A stretch of 64,000 nucleotides of DNA from Phallusia mammillata (Eukaryota). Where the stretch lies: contig OZ281499.1 in the NCBI GenBank assembly GCA_965637545.1, positions 13,950,001 through 14,014,000 of the forward strand, read 5' to 3'. Of this stretch, positions 22,021 through 36,441 are shown one piece after another; the stretch's first letter is position 1; every line of letters begins with the position of its first letter. The position numbers were made by a program, and so were the translations under genes. The notes beneath the pieces were generated by a model, which ran no database searches, was not told the origin of the DNA, and saw only the letters and a list, made by a program, of their open reading frames with translations.

Positions 22021-23065
22021 TTTTGTGACTGTAAAATTAGATTGCAGTTTCCAGAAATAGGTTTAAAGTTTTTTCTATATTCTAATACAGATGTTGGTAC
22101 TTTACACCCTCTTCCTGCACAATCCACTTTGCATACAAGCACTCAACAGCTGGTATAATCAGACTGAAGGTTGTGGACAGATATCTTTGCAGTGTGTATT
22201 GTCATATTCTCTCAATGTATTTTAACAAAAATTTTGCTCTTATTATATGTAAATCGCTTGCCATGGTAGTTTTTTTTTTATTTGGGTTAAAAAGGAATAG
22301 TTTCTCTTTACCACTGTTTGCACTCCACAGTCAGTAAAACATGTTACTAAGTATTTTCCAGGTGTTTGTAATTAGATTTTAATCATGTAGACACCAACAT
22401 AGAATTGGTTGTCCATTGACTTAAATAGTATTTTATTGGTAGAATATTTATGTCAAATTACTCCATTCAAAGATAGGATACATGATGGGCTCTATTTTTT
22501 TTCATTTTTAATGCAGATTTTTTTATTAAAGTGATTGGCCTATTGTTACATGCTGAAGGAAGAATTAGCTACTGTGTAAGTAACAGCAGTAGCTGCACAA
22601 ATAATTATGAAAGGTTTTTCATTCTATCCACGAACCTGCCACATCTTTTAGCTTATTTGTTTGTTTTGGTATTTTCAATAATAAGTAATTCAATAGTTGT
22701 ATGCTTTGGAAGTATTTTTTTTTATGGCTATATTACTATTGTCATGGACGTTTTTTTAGGTTTATTGATTCATTTACAATACAATTTTGACAACCTGAAT
22801 TTTTCTTTTTAATGACAGTCACAAACTGGCATGCTCTATAAATAAGGACACAATTACTACGTTTACATGGCCACTTGCGCACATAGCCTGCAAACATGGC
22901 CTGTTCATTTATTCAGCCCCAACGAACAGGCGCAAAACCGCTCGCGTTTCCATGTCCGTTTTGTGATCAACCAGGCGTATAAATGTAGGGAAAGCAACGT
23001 ACGCGGTATAAGCAGAAGTTGTCTGGCTGAGTATCGGACCAAATCAAGAAGCAAGAAAACTTGTC

Positions 23066-23646
23066 ATGAATCACCACATAACTCAAGATTTGATTCTCTT
23101 GACTGTTTTTGCAATGCATATATCAGTTTTAGTTATTTTATTACACAAACAAAGTCATTGCCTTCAGACAATAGGCATGTTGGTTGCACAAAAGTCAAAT
23201 AGTTCAGCTACAGTTAAAAGGAGAAGGTTTTGGATGCTTCAGAGGTATGTAACGTGCATGATGTTCACTTTTACAAATAACTAATGTTATTTTTTATGCA
23301 AAAACAAGATCTACTGATTGGTGGGAGACTGTGGTAAAAAATTTTGATGACTCGGATTGGTTGAGACATTTTAGAATAAGAAAATCAACTTTCGAGGGGC
23401 TTGTTGCACTACTGAGTGAAGATTTGAAACCAGGTTATTAATGTTCGTAATATTTGGTACAGATTATAACAACATAGTATTGATGAATTATGGTAAAACT
23501 ATAATGATATGAAATTTTAGATAACAGATCAGTCAGAACAACACCAATATCACTTGAAAAAAGGATTGCAGTTGCCATATATAAATTAGCTTCCATTGCT
23601 GAATTTGGAGTTGTGGGAGTTACATCTGGTATTCACAAAACATCTG
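23066..23646 (+). pseudogene. Harbinger C transposase, 5' exons
   Basis: KRRRFWMLQR, DWWETVV..WLRHFRIRKSTF, PISLEKRIAVAIYKLAS; interrupted by the Gypsy element. Confidence 0.8.
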
Positions 23647-23805
23647 TGTAATGTATATTGCGCCACCTTGTGACGCTTTAAGTATGTTGCCCCGCCTTGT
23701 GACGACCTTGCCGCATGCCCATATAAAAGCGTGCGTTTAACCTTTACGGGCATTCGAAGTGTCTTGTAGCTGTGGGCTTGTTGTGTCGCTGATTCATTCA
23801 ATACG

Positions 23806-23819
23806 TGGTGTCAGAAGTG
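23806..23819 (+). promoter_or_regulatory. Primer-binding site, probably tRNA-Leu
   Basis: TGGTGTCAGAAGTG directly follows the 5' LTR and is complementary to a ...CACUUCUGACACCA tRNA 3' end. Confidence 0.75.
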
Positions 23820-23839
23820 CGTTCACGCCTCTAATTAAG

Positions 23840-26800
23840 ATGGACAAATCAGCAATTTCTCTACCCCCGGCAATGCAGTGGAATGGCAATATGGCCGAGA
23901 ACTGGAAAAGGTTTATCCAGAGATTTAAGCTCTATCTGACGGCGATTGGTGGTGACAGCAAGTCCGACAAAAGTAAGTCTGCGTTGCTTCTTCATGTTAT
24001 GGAAGGTGGTGGCATTCAGATTTACAATTCTTTTAAGTTCGAAACTGGAAATGACATGAAATTTGATGTCATAGTGAATGAATTTCAACTGTATTTCTGC
24101 CCCAAAAAGAACGTAACATTTGAACGTTATAAACTTAACAACCGAAACCAACAGGATGGTGAAAATAGTGATCAATATGCCACCGAGCTAAAAAATCTTT
24201 CTGCACATCGTGAATTTAAGAATCTTAGTGACTCATTAATCCGGGATAGAGTGGTTTGTGGAATTTCTGACGACAAGGTTCGTGAAGTTCTTTTAAAAGA
24301 AGTTGACCTGACTCTTGAAAAATGTCTTTCTATTTGTCGTTCAAATGAAGTAGTTAAACTACAAGCTGCTGTAATTAGGAGCCAAGAAAATAACGTGTGG
24401 GTTGTCAATAATCAACAATTAACCCCGGGGACAAGTCGTTTCAGGTCCAACAAAAGGAACCTGCGGTGCGAAGTATGTGCTTTAATTCACGCTTCAGGTG
24501 CATGTCTAGCCCGGGGAAAACCTTGTTTCCATTGTGGAAAACTTGGCCACTACTCAAGATGTTGTAGCAACCGAAGAGTCAATGAAGTGAAGGAAACTTC
24601 TTTTCACGTTAATACAGTGAGTACCGTTGTCACTTCAAAAGATTGGTTAGTTCCATTGAGATTAAATGGAAAACAGTTTACCTGTAAAATTGACACTGGT
24701 GCCCAGGTGAACCTAATTTCGCTATCAGATATTAAAGCTATTTCCAGTACACCTCGTATCGAAAGTACCAATATTGTGCTAACTGCGTTTGCCAATCACA
24801 AGATATTTGTGTATGGTGTTTGCACTTTAAATGTCACATTCCGAAACCATGCGCACGTGATGAAGTTCTTTGTTGTCCAAGCTAAAACTCAACCACTTAT
24901 CGGTCTTTTTGGTGCAGAGGCGTTAATGCTTGTCAATCGTGTACATGCAGTGGAGTCTATAGAGCAGTGTGGTAATCTTGTCCGCGAATACGAGGATATT
25001 TTTAATGGTCTCGGTTGTCTTCCAGATACATACTCAATAAGGTTGAACTCCAATGCCAGTCATCCATCCGAGTCGAAAAGTTCCGTGTCTGCTGAAACCA
25101 AAGTTAAAAGAAGAACTTCAGAGAATGAAAGGATTAGGTGTTATAACAGAAGTGACTGAACCAACCAGATGGGTAAACTCGTTAGTAATTGTGAACAAAA
25201 AGAACGGAAAACTTCGTGTTTGTCTTGATCCCCGTGACCTCAATAAATCAATCATGCGTGAACATTACATGTTACCCACTCGGGAGGAATTGATGTCACA
25301 ATTTAGTAATGCAAAGTTTTTTAGCAAGTTGGATGCTGTGAGTGGTTTTTGGCAAATAAAAATTGACGAAGAAAGTTCGAAGCTGTGTACATTTAATACT
25401 CCCTTCGGAAGGTACAGGTTTTTGCGTTTACCGTTTGGTATCTCGTCCGCCCCAGAAGTATTTCATCGTGCTGTACATTCCTTGTTTGAGCACATGGATG
25501 GTGTTGACACGTCAATGGACGATATTATTGTGTGGGGCAGTTCCAAAGAAGAACATGACAGGCGACTCCACATGGTTTTGAAACAAGCTAGGAAGTCAAA
25601 TTTACGATTGAATCGTGAAAATGCGTTTTTTTTGTCAATCGTTTAACGTTCATGGGAGATGTTTTAAGTGCAGGTGGTTTGCATCCAGATTCCAAGAAGG
25701 TTCGAGCCATTGAGACGATGTCGCGACCAGCAAACAAGCGTGATAGTCAACGCTTTCTGGGCATGGTGAACTATCTTGCACGGTATATTCCCGATGTGTC
25801 AGAAAAAACTGCACAGCTTCGCTCACTGGTGCATAAAGATAGTGAATGGAACTGGACCAGTAACGAAGAAAAAGCGTGGATGGAATTAAAGAGGGTAATT
25901 TCTAGCCAACTCGTTCTTAAACAGTTTAATCCTGTACTTCCAATAAAGGTATCCGCAGACGCCTCAAAAGAAGCTCTTGGTGCGGTATTGCTTCAGATGC
26001 ATGACAAAGAATGGTATCCTGTGTCCTACGCCTCTAGATCCTACACGCAATGATTGATGCTGAAACGCGCTACGCACAAATTGAAAAGGAACTCCTTGCG
26101 GTAACGTTTGCGTGTGAGCATTTTCATCAATTCATATATGGTCAACACATATGCAAACTGATCACAAGCCATTAGTTCCATTGTTTAAAAAAAACTTAAA
26201 CAATTGTCCAATAAGGGTACGTCTGATGATACGTCTGCATTCGTATGACTTTAGTGTAATCTATACTCCAGGAAAGTTCATGCTCACAGCCGATGCTTTG
26301 TCGAGAAGTGTTTCCCAAGAAACCGAAGATTTTCAATCACATGATGTGGCACGTTATGTTCATTTGGTTGTGTCATCACTTCCAATCTCCTCCAATGCTA
26401 TGGCGCAACTTCGTGAAGAAACTGAACGAGATCCCCAGTCAATAGACATCCTGCATTACGTTTACAATGGTTGGCCGGAACGTTCCGCAAATTGCACACC
26501 AGACTCCCAGGTATTTTGGAAAGTCCGTGATGAACTGCCAGTAAATGATGGTGTCCTGTGTAAAGGAAGCAAAATAGTCATTCCCCGGAAAATGAGACGG
26601 TCAATTCTAGCGAAGCTGCATGAAGGTCACATGTATGCGCTACAGACCGCGTTTGCAAAAAGAACCCTTGAATCCACATGAAATTCCCAAATTTCCCTTT
26701 GAAAAAATAGGTGTTGATTTATGTTCGTATAATGGTCGGTCGTATTTAGTAGTTGTTGATTATTATTCAGGTTATCCCGATGTTTATTGTATTAACAACA

Positions 26801-27505
26801 CTTCTAGCGATGCAGTTATTACCTGTCTTAAGCAAACGTTTTCTCGCTTTGGTGTGCCGCTTAAAGTATTTAGCGACAACGGGCCACAATTTTCCTCCCG
26901 TGAATTTAGATGTTTTTCTGAATCTAATGGACTTGCGGAAAGGACTGTACAAACCGTTAAAAATCTGTTGCCAGTGGCCAGGACTTTGATTTGAATTTGT
27001 TAATTTATCGTAGTTCGCCTTTACAGTGTGGTTTATCCGCCATCACAGTTGCTCATGGGAAGGCAAACCAGAAGTAATTTGCCTATTTGTGAAGAAAAGC
27101 TTAGGTGTCATAATTTGCCCAAACGCCCTTTTTATGCCGAAAAAAACAGTACAAAAACGTTATTTTGATGTAGGTTCAAAACCATTAATTGTTTTTAAGC
27201 CTGGTACCCCTGTAAAGCTGTTTGATTTTCTTTGCCCCACGTGGACAGAGGACGGAGTTATTGACAAGGTTTTGTCACCGCGCTCCTATATCGTTCGTAC
27301 TCCTGACAATGTGCTTTATCGTCGTAATCGTATACATATTCGCCGCAACATTGAATCCTCATCTCAAAGGTCTTCTCTGTTGCAAACGTTACCTTTATCG
27401 CCGCATCATGTTTCTGATAATTGTGAAATTGTTCGCAACTTTAATGTTCCGTGTCGTTCCAAAAGAAAACGTAAACCGACGAGACGACTAATTGAAGAAA
27501 TATAG
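23840..27505 (+). pseudogene. gag-pol (CCHC, protease, RT, RNase H, integrase) with frameshifts and deletions
   Basis: NWKRFIQRF, CFHCGKLGHYSRCC, KIDTGAQ, FSKLDAVSGFWQI, SMDDIIV, ADASK, VVVDYYSG, FSDNGPQF, SNGLAER. Most of the integrase zinc finger is deleted. Confidence 0.93.
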
Positions 27506-28013
27506 ACTTGTGTATTTTTCGTTTTCATACTGATGTTAGTTTTCTCCTTTTGTTTCTTCTCTTTCGTGAAGGGAAGATGTAATGTATATTGCGCCACCTT
27601 GTGACGCATTAGGTATATTGCCCCGCCTTGTGACGACCTTGCCGCATGCAAATATAAAACCGTGCGTTTAACCTTTACGGGCATTCGAAGTGTCTTGTAG
27701 CTGTGGGCTTGTTGTGTCGCTGATTCATTCAATACAATCTGTAAACCTTTAGAACAGGGGTTCCCAAACTTTTTTGGTCTGTGGCCCAAATGTTTATTGA
27801 ATAGCGATTCGTGGCCCACCACGTGCTGTAAATTTGGGCACAAACAAAAAAAAAAGGACTCAAAAACAGGCGAAATTTTCTAGCAATTTATTTTTAATGA
27901 GATACATGCATCTGAAATTTGGCTACAAGATTCAGAATTCTTTGCAAAAATTACGTTTTTCAAAACAAAGCGCATAATATCTACAGTAGAATCTATTCAA
28001 ATGGCTCTGTGGC

Positions 28014-30717
28014 CAGTGGCGTAGCCAGGGGGGGGGGGGGCAAAGGGGCCATGGCCCCCCCCAAATTTTTTGAAATTGTACTCTTCAAAAATAAATGTGC
28101 TATATCCATTTTTTAATTGTTTGTTTATGACTGAATAACTGAGAGAATGTTAACTAAATTGACAAACAATGATTATTATCGAACAACAATGGTCATTTAC
28201 ACATTGGCTTTGGCATTAATGAGTGTAAGAGTCACTTGTATTTAGTTGGCTTTGGTGATACTCTTGTTGAAGTAATATAGCAAAACATACGAGAAATAGC
28301 AAGAAGTATAAATAGTAAATACCAAATATTATAGTTTATTGCGATGTCTAAACCAAAACAAGCAAGATTGGATGCATTTTTTTCTTAAAAAAATAAAGAT
28401 CAGCAGTCCTTAGAGGAAACACCTGTAACGCCCAGTGTTAGCAGTGTTAGAGTTACTCAGGAAATAAGAACAACAGACGATCTTGGATTTATTATGAAAC
28501 ACCATTCGCGGTTAGCCGATGATGAGAGGTATAGACTTCTAACATCTGATGGTATAAAAAACGTCCCGCTTCTTGATACTATTAGGCAAGGTCGCCGCAA
28601 GTTTCTCAAAGTTTGGCTCGATGATGATAGGTTTTCGGATTGGTTGGTCTACACTCAATGCTCTGATGGGGGCGGTTTGTGCAAGATTTGTGTTCTGATG
28701 CAAGTACGTTTAAAACATGGCAATCTCACTAACGCTGCTTTTGTTAACAAACCTTGCACTCACTTCAAAAAATTCATCGAAAAGGCTGTTGCTCATCGTG
28801 ATGCTAGTTACCATCGACAAGCAACTTTAGAAGCAAAAAGTTTTCTTAGAAGCATGGAAACTAACCAAAATGTATCTGCGAGCCTGGATTCAGAATATTC
28901 CAGACAAATAAAGGAAAATCGAAACATAATGGCTTCCATCGTTAAAACGGTGATGTTCTGTGCTTCAAACAACATATCTTTGCGAGGCCATTCGGTAGAC
29001 AACGGAAACTTTATGAACCTTCTTAAATTTCGCATCGACGCTGGGGACGAAACTTTAAAAAGCCATTTTACTCACATGGCTGGTAATGCTAAATACACTA
29101 GCCCGACCATACAAAATGAAATTCTGGGTTTAGCAAAAGGTCTAATTGTTCAAGACATAGTCACTGATGCCAACCAATCGTTTTTTTCTGTAATAGCCGA
29201 TGAGTCTTGTGATATATCAGGAAAGGAACAGCTAAGCATTGTTTTGAGATACACGAAAGCTACAGAAGTGTATGAGAGTTTCATCGGTTTTGTTGAAATG
29301 AACTCGGTTTCAGCAGAATCGATTTCTACAAGTATTTTGTCTCACCTTACCAGCACAGGATTGGATTTACAGAAACTTGTCGGACAGGGCTATGATGGAG
29401 CGTCAACAATGGCAGGTCACGTGAGTGGTGTGCAGAAGCGGATTCGCGACAAGTACCCTCGTGCATTATTTGTTCACTGTGCTGCGCACTGTTTAAACTT
29501 GGCTATAAATGATCAAAGTAAAGTTCCAACCATCAGAAACACCTGCGACATTATTAGAGAGACCATCCGTTTTTTTTAAGAAAGTCCTAAAAGACGCACA
29601 TGTTTAGGACTTAACATCCCGTTGTTCTGCCCTACCAGATGGTCTGAAAAATACAAAAGCATTCGAATCTTCAAATGTAATTTTAAACGTATACTCGAAT
29701 CACTTGGCGCCTTGGAGTGTGATTCCAGCGGTGATACAAGAGCAAAAGCATTTTCGTTAAAATGTGCTCTGGAAAAGTCTGGAGTTACTTACGCCGTGTG
29801 TTTGATTGGGCGATTTTCGGCACTCATTGAACCGTTGGCGCGGAAGCTTCAGGCTGTCGGAGTATGTGTGCCAGATGTGAAAAACTTGATCACTTCTCTT
29901 CAAAACGTTCTATCTCAAAACCGCATAAACTCGGACACTGCGTTGGATATTTACAAAGAAGCTTGTGAAGTATTAAATGTACAACAGCTGACTACACCCA
30001 GAATAGCCGAGAAACAAGTTTATCGCGACAACGTCAACGCAGAATCTGGACCGCAGTATTTTTATCGTGCAGTGTATATTCCTTACATCGAAGGTCTGAG
30101 TAGTTCGCTTCACGAACGATTTAGTGACAATTCCTCATTTTTTAATTTGCTATCGATCATTCCACCCAACAAACCAACCAAGTTAGATGAGATTGAGCGT
30201 TTATATTGTTTAGATAACCTTGAGAGCGAAGTTATTTTGTGGAGATCTTCTCTAAGCTCTCAACTCAAACCCGAATGTTTTCATGAACTTCTTTTGAGCG
30301 CAAACGACTATCTAAGCGTTCGCGACATAGTCCAGATCATAATGGCGTTGCCGGCAACAACTGTTGAAGCTGAACGTTCTTTTTCGTGTATGAAGCGGGT
30401 CAAGACATGGTTGCGCTCAACGATGACTTCCGATCGCCTTTCAGATATATGTGTGCTGCATTGTCATCATGAAAAAATCAGCGAGGAAAAGATCAATCAG
30501 ATTGTGTCAAATATGGCTGGTAGTAGGCGAAGGATGAACTTTTAATCATACCGTTGTGTGCAGCTAAAGCAATGAAGATAATTTTTTTGTGTAATTTGCC
30601 TCAGAAAAATTGCTGTTTGTGGGCACAACTATGTCGTTTTTCGTTGAATGTTATTTTACTTGTAAAAAGTCACAAAATATTGCCCCCCCCCAAAATTTTC
30701 CGCTGCCTACGCCACTG
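28014..30717 (+). mobile_element. Near full-length hAT (P52rIPK/THAP12-like transposase)
   Basis: TIRs CAGTGGCGTAG / CTACGCCACTG; TSD TCTGTGGC. Confidence 0.93.
28344..30545 (+). pseudogene. hAT transposase, near-intact
   Basis: SVIADESCDISGKEQLSIVLRY, GQGYDGAS, HCAAHCLNLA, PTRW, PATTVEAERSFS. Frame breaks at T/A runs near 28378 and 29575. Confidence 0.88.
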
Positions 30718-31111
30718 TCTGTGGCCCATTGAAAATGTCTTGGTGGCCCACTACTGGGCCATGGCCCACAGTTTGGGAACCACTGCTTTAGAATAAAAAG
30801 TGCAACAATAACATTTATATAAACTTCATTAGGCCTCTTTACATGGACAATTCTAGCGGGTTAACTCGCTAAATTGACGCGCTAAACGTGACGTATGATT
30901 TTGGTCGATACGGTTGACTGAGTTTTTGCGGGATAAAACGCGGGAAGATAACCCGCTCGTTGGAGGTAGGTTACCCGCTTGCAGGTCGGGTTATCGGCTG
31001 TTGTTAGTATTTTGTTGTGTATAGCTGTAGGAAGTAGAACTGGTTAAGTGTAAATAATAATTGTACCAGCGTTTGGTTTCAGTTTTTGAAAGTAACATTG
31101 GAGTGATAATT

Positions 31112-32352
31112 ATGTCGGAAATAGCAGCTGACAGGCAGAAGAGAGCAACTTGGTGTGCAATGATATCCATTTACTGTTGGATTTGGTTTTAGAGAGGAAG
31201 GTTTTAGAGAAGATTGATGGCAGGAGACAACGCAATAAAACTATATTTCAGGAAATAGCACAGTTAATGCACCAGTGTGAAGCTGAATATACATGGTTTG
31301 TATTTGATGAAGTCATTTAAGCAAATAGTGTTGTTGGTTGGGTTTCTCAAATATGTGTAAAGTTAATTTACAAAAAATAATAACAACACAAACCTTGTCT
31401 GAAAAGCAATAATCCAATAGATTACATTTGTCAGCAACGGTTTTCCTATGTTTAGGGAACAGATACGAGACAAGTGAAAAAATTTTAAAAAAAGTTACAG
31501 CCAAATTAAAATGAACTTGAATCAGTCTGGAGCATCTAGCTCTGAGTGGGAATACTTTGATAAAATGAATGATCTGTTTCAAGATCGACCAAAGGCAAAG
31601 GTTTGTCAACATCACCAACTATTGGTTTTAACAAGTAAGGTAGCATTAAACCTAGAACTATTTTTAAAACTTATACAACATAACATGAACATTTTCATGG
31701 TTGTACTTTCAGGCGATGGATAGTGCTGGTGTTGATTCCCTCACTGAACCAAGTGCTAAAGGTAAATATACATACTCTTGGTTGAAAGGGGACTAGGATA
31801 AAACAGTTAACAACTGCAAACTTAGTTCTTAGTGTTTTGTTGTTGGTTTTATCTGAACAATATGCATGTGTTAACTTAGATGGAACAAACTTGGATACAC
31901 AAGATATACCAAGCAGCAGATCAACTGAATCAGGTAATTTAAATCAATTCGATTTTTGTGAGTTACTTTTCCGCAATGTTTCCCATCTAAATGCTGATTG
32001 ATGTTTTAAATGCATTACATCTATTTGTACCTGCAGATAATGTTGCTAGTGATGATATGGTCCCTCCTTTTAATGGATGTTTCCCATTTGTAATTGTTTT
32101 TGTATTTGCAGATGTACATGGTAGCCAGCCTCCTAGAAAGAAGTGCCGTATGAGAGGTAAAGCTATGTGTTCTCCTGTACTTTTTTGTCCAATTACCAAT
32201 GTAGCTTATTTATAGTGTCATCTGATGAGAATTTTGAAAAGTTTATTAATGTCTACGAAGAAAACTGTGCTAAAGACCGGGAACTAATGAAAGAGATGAT
32301 GCTTGGAATTCAAGCACAGTTTCAAAAGAGTGTTATGGAACTTAAAAAATGA
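31112..32352 (+). pseudogene. Myb/SANT-like partner protein of element A (intron-containing)
   Basis: RATW..LLLDLV..KIDGRRQRNKTIF; SGASSSEWEYFDKMNDLF. Confidence 0.72.
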
Positions 32353-34753
32353 TAAAAAGCAATAAAGTTGTTGGTGATCCTGGTGTGTTTAAATTATTCA
32401 CAAAATATTTGGAGTGAATTTTTTTAAAAAAACATGCTTTTACAAAAAACAACTAGATTGGCGCAAAGGCAAGGTTTTGGAGACATGTAACAATAACGCC
32501 TCCCTACAAAGATTTCCTTCTCTGCTGTAGGACTCACAGGGTCGATTGATCGGTTGCTGTTGTGAGAAGTGGCCTCCAGGAAAAGTCGATTGACTTGGTT
32601 CAATCAATGATGTATTAAACTCTTCACAAAGGTTGTGTAACACACAGCGTGCCCCAATAATTTGTGGAGCAACTTTGATGTTACACTCAATTTTTCGCAA
32701 AATACGCCAACGGGCCTTTAATCTGCCAAATGCATTTTCGACAGAAATTCGAGCACTACTATGAGATGATAGCAGTTAAATGACTCTTTCTCCGGAGAAA
32801 GGTTTGATCCAGTAAATGGCTTCATAAGCCAAGGCAATAATGCAGGCATGTCAAACATGCGGCCCATTAGTAGCTTTGGTGCGGCCCCAACGATTTTTTT
32901 TGTTCAGTTGACTTCTACTGTTGTGAAGCTTCAGTGATTTAAAAAGTTCATCGATTCTCCAGTTTGTTTCCGTGATTTGAAATGTTACTTGTACAAGAAA
33001 ATACATACGGTAAAAATTATCATGTTGTAGCCATTAAAACCGCACCTTGTAAACCAACAACGATGGGTCGTGTAGTATGGCGCAATCAAGCGTGACTACT
33101 GGCTGTAACGCAACCAAGCGTGACAGGGGCTGCGTAACAGAGGACAGATTAATGTGAGTGTCATAAGGTCAAGTGCACTCGTTAATGTGCCTGACAAAAA
33201 TAGTACTTTTAACATGGCTGCGCCTGTTCTTCAAGTGACCAGTGCTATTCCAGCTAAGAAAAAAAGAAAATTAGCCGAGGAAAGGCGATTGTTCAATGAA
33301 AAATGGGAATTGCAGTATTTCTGTACGAGTTTAAATGGTAAGATACATTGTTTAATTTGCAATAACAGCATCAACACGCCAAAAGAGTACAATTTGAAAA
33401 GACATTATGGAGCGAAACATCAATCTTATGGTAAATATGAAGGTCTTCTGCGTGTTTCAAAACTAAAGGAATCCAAGACAAACTTGACACAACAACAGAC
33501 CTGCTTTAGGCAAATTTACAAACATAATGTTGCTTCGGTTACTGCAAGCTATGAACTCTGTAGAATGATTGCCATGAAAGGAAAATCTTACATTGAAGGA
33601 GAATTTGTAAAACAGTGCTGTGTAAAAACAGGTCAGATCGTTTGTCCAGAGAAGGCACAGTTGTTCAAGGAGATATCATTAACCAGAAACACTGTTGCTG
33701 AGCGAATAGATGAATTGGCAGATGATTTGAAACAACAACTTAAGTCAGTATCATCCAAATTTGAACATTTTTCTATTGCTATTGATGAGAGCGTCGACCT
33801 CAGTGGAATAGCACAGCTTGCAGTCTTCATCAGAGCCTGTGACAGTGAATTCAACATTATTGAGCTGATCCCCATGCATGACACTACAACAAGTCAGGAT
33901 ATCTTTGAGAAAGTTGAGCAAGTTCTAGTTGACTATAGTCTTGACTTGAGTAAACTTGCATGCTTATCTACTGATGGTGCGGCAAATATGGTTGGCCGAC
34001 ATAATGGTGTTGCTGCCAAGTTAAGAAAAAAAGGTAGAAAAATTGCATCCTGGCTCATCAATGACACATTTTCACTGTATAATTCATCAGCAAAACTTGT
34101 GTTCGAAAATTTTAAAACTGGATCATGTGCTTAGTTTGGTCACAAAGAAAGTGAACTATATTAGAGGTCGAGCTCTCAACCACCGCCAGTTCAGCCAATT
34201 GTTGGAAGATATGGGTAATCACTTTACTAATGTTCCATTCTACACAGAAGTCCGCTGGTTATCATGTCAAAAAGTTCTAAAAAGATTTTATTTGTTGAGA
34301 ACAGAAATAATCATGTTTTTGGAAATGAAAGGTCAAAACACTAACCCTGTTTACATGCGTCGTCTTCAAACGGATCGGATTAAGCCTCAAGCCGGCTTGA
34401 GATTTGATCCATTCGAGCGTCCTATTTACATGCGCGTTTCCTGCAAGTTTAATCCGTTACGATTTTCTTCGGATAAGTTTGTGTAAACATAGTTATAACA
34501 CCTCTTGTTTTGGTTACAAAGGATACTTACAAAGTAACTAACAATTATCGCCTGTTTTATTGTGTGAAAAGGATCACTCCTTCATTCAGAGCTTTTGTAG
34601 AAGTGAGAAATCAAGCTGTTAGTTTCCTATAAGCAGTTAGGGTAGCTGATTGACATTTTTTCTTGTCATTTGGTTTATTGTTAACTGTTGGGTTCTGAAG
34701 CTGATGGAACAAACCATGCTTAAGTATTATATTTTGTTTAGATAACATTAAAA

Positions 34754-36357
34754 ATGAACTATCAAGAAATACTTGGATTTGTCCTTGTCATAAAATATGT
34801 TTTGGACTGTTACATTATGATGGTTGAGTGGGACAGAGAGAGCAAATACAAAAAGTTTAAGTTACTATTTGGTAGACTGAAGTTCTTGCAGAGCAAAGTT
34901 GACAAGCGAAGTGGCAGAATTTGGATGTATCCAAGGTAGTAAACTGTAACTAGCCAACCTATGTTATGAAGCTTTTTTAAAATTATAAAATGTTACAGGA
35001 CAGGAAACTACTGGGAAGGTGATGTTTCACAGTACAACAATGCACAATGGATCCAAAACTTTAGGATGACAAAAGAAAACTTCATGGAGTTGTTGGCTAT
35101 AATTCATGATGACATAAAACCAGGTTAGGACCAAATATATGGCAATACATTTGAAACATCTTTATCATTAAAGTGTTACCTAAGTAATCATATATTGCAG
35201 AGGACATAACAGTCCGTGAGCCAATACCAGTTGACAAAAGAATGAGAATTGCTGTTTTTAAACTCGCTTCCTCAGCAGAATACAGAACAGTTGCCCACAA
35301 CTTTGGTGTCAGTAAAGCAAGTGTATACAACTGTCTCAAAAGGTACATGCTAAACATTTGTATGTTTGTGTTTCTTATTACTCCTTGTTACAGATTTTGT
35401 TTGGCGATTTGCAAAAGGTTGGACATGTTTATATTCATGCCATCAGAGAGTGAAGCAAAGGAGATTGCAACAAGAATTCAAAGAGAACACCATTTTCCAC
35501 AGGTATATGTTCTCAAATAAAATTTGTGTGTAGGTTTTATTTGTTGCTTATGTGTAGGTTATGGGTTGCATTGATGGAAGTCATATTCCAATAACTGCCC
35601 CCATGCAAGGCAAAAAAGACTATACTAATCGCAAGGGTTGGGATTCAATGGTACTGCAAGGCCTTGTTGATGATCATTACATGTAGGTAAAATACACTTG
35701 TATGTTTTTGGCACTATTTAATTTTTATCTTAGGTTTCGTGATGTTAATATTGCAATGCCTGGGAGTGTTCATGATGCTACTGTCTTTAAGCAGTCAGGA
35801 CTTTTCAAATATTCAGACATGCTACCAAAGGTACAAATCTAGTTTTAAAAACAAATTTGGTAAAAAAAAACCTACTGGATTTTGAAAAAAAATGCTTTTC
35901 AGGCACCCATTTTACTTAATGACACTGAAGTGCCTCTTTTCATTTTGGGAGACCCAGCATACCCTCTGCTTCCATGGTTAATCAATCCCTTTATTGGCTT
36001 CAACCTTTCCCCAGAAAAATAATCATTCAACTGCTACCATAGCAGTGTGCGCATATGTGTTGAAAATGCATTTGGACGACTTAAGGCGCGTTGGCGAATC
36101 TGGCCAAAAAAATGGAGGTTGATATCAGCATGGCTCCAATTGTAATATGTACTTGTTGTGCACTGCATAATATTTGTGAAAAAAGTAATGTTGCTGTTTC
36201 TGTTGGGAGTGAAGGAAGCAATCAATTTACCCAGCCACTACCTGCTCCTTCAGTACAAACTGCTGACCTTTTTGGTGCTGGAAATAGTGTACGACAGGCT
36301 GTTTTGCAGTACCTAACTGAAACACAGCCACTGCGCCAGTCATCACGATTTTTGTAA
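34754..36357 (+). pseudogene. Harbinger D transposase (multi-intron)
   Basis: RIWMYPR, WIQNFRMTKENF, RIAVFKLASS, GCIDGSHIPI, SMVLQGLVDD, GDPAYPL, VENAFGRLKARWR, CCALHNICE. Confidence 0.88.
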
Positions 36358-36441
36358 CATGTTTTGTATTTTTGAATGTTTCATAATGAACAATACATGT
36401 GTAAATGTGAACAAAAAATGTAGGTTTTAATTTTAAAAAAT

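Larger units (their letters stand above)
23647..27736 (+). mobile_element. Ty3/Gypsy (Mag-like) LTR retrotransposon, decayed
   Basis: 159-bp LTRs 23647-23805 and 27578-27736; 5-bp TSD ATCTG; PBS; polypurine tract 27568-27577. Confidence 0.95.
27755..30785. mobile_element. hAT MITE carrying a nested hAT
   Basis: TIRs CAGGGGTTCCCAAACT / AGTTTGGGAACCACTG; TSD CTTTAGAA. Confidence 0.92.

Noticed and set aside
23806-23819. tRNA gene
   Set aside because: Only a 14-nt complement of a tRNA 3' end (PBS); no cloverleaf.
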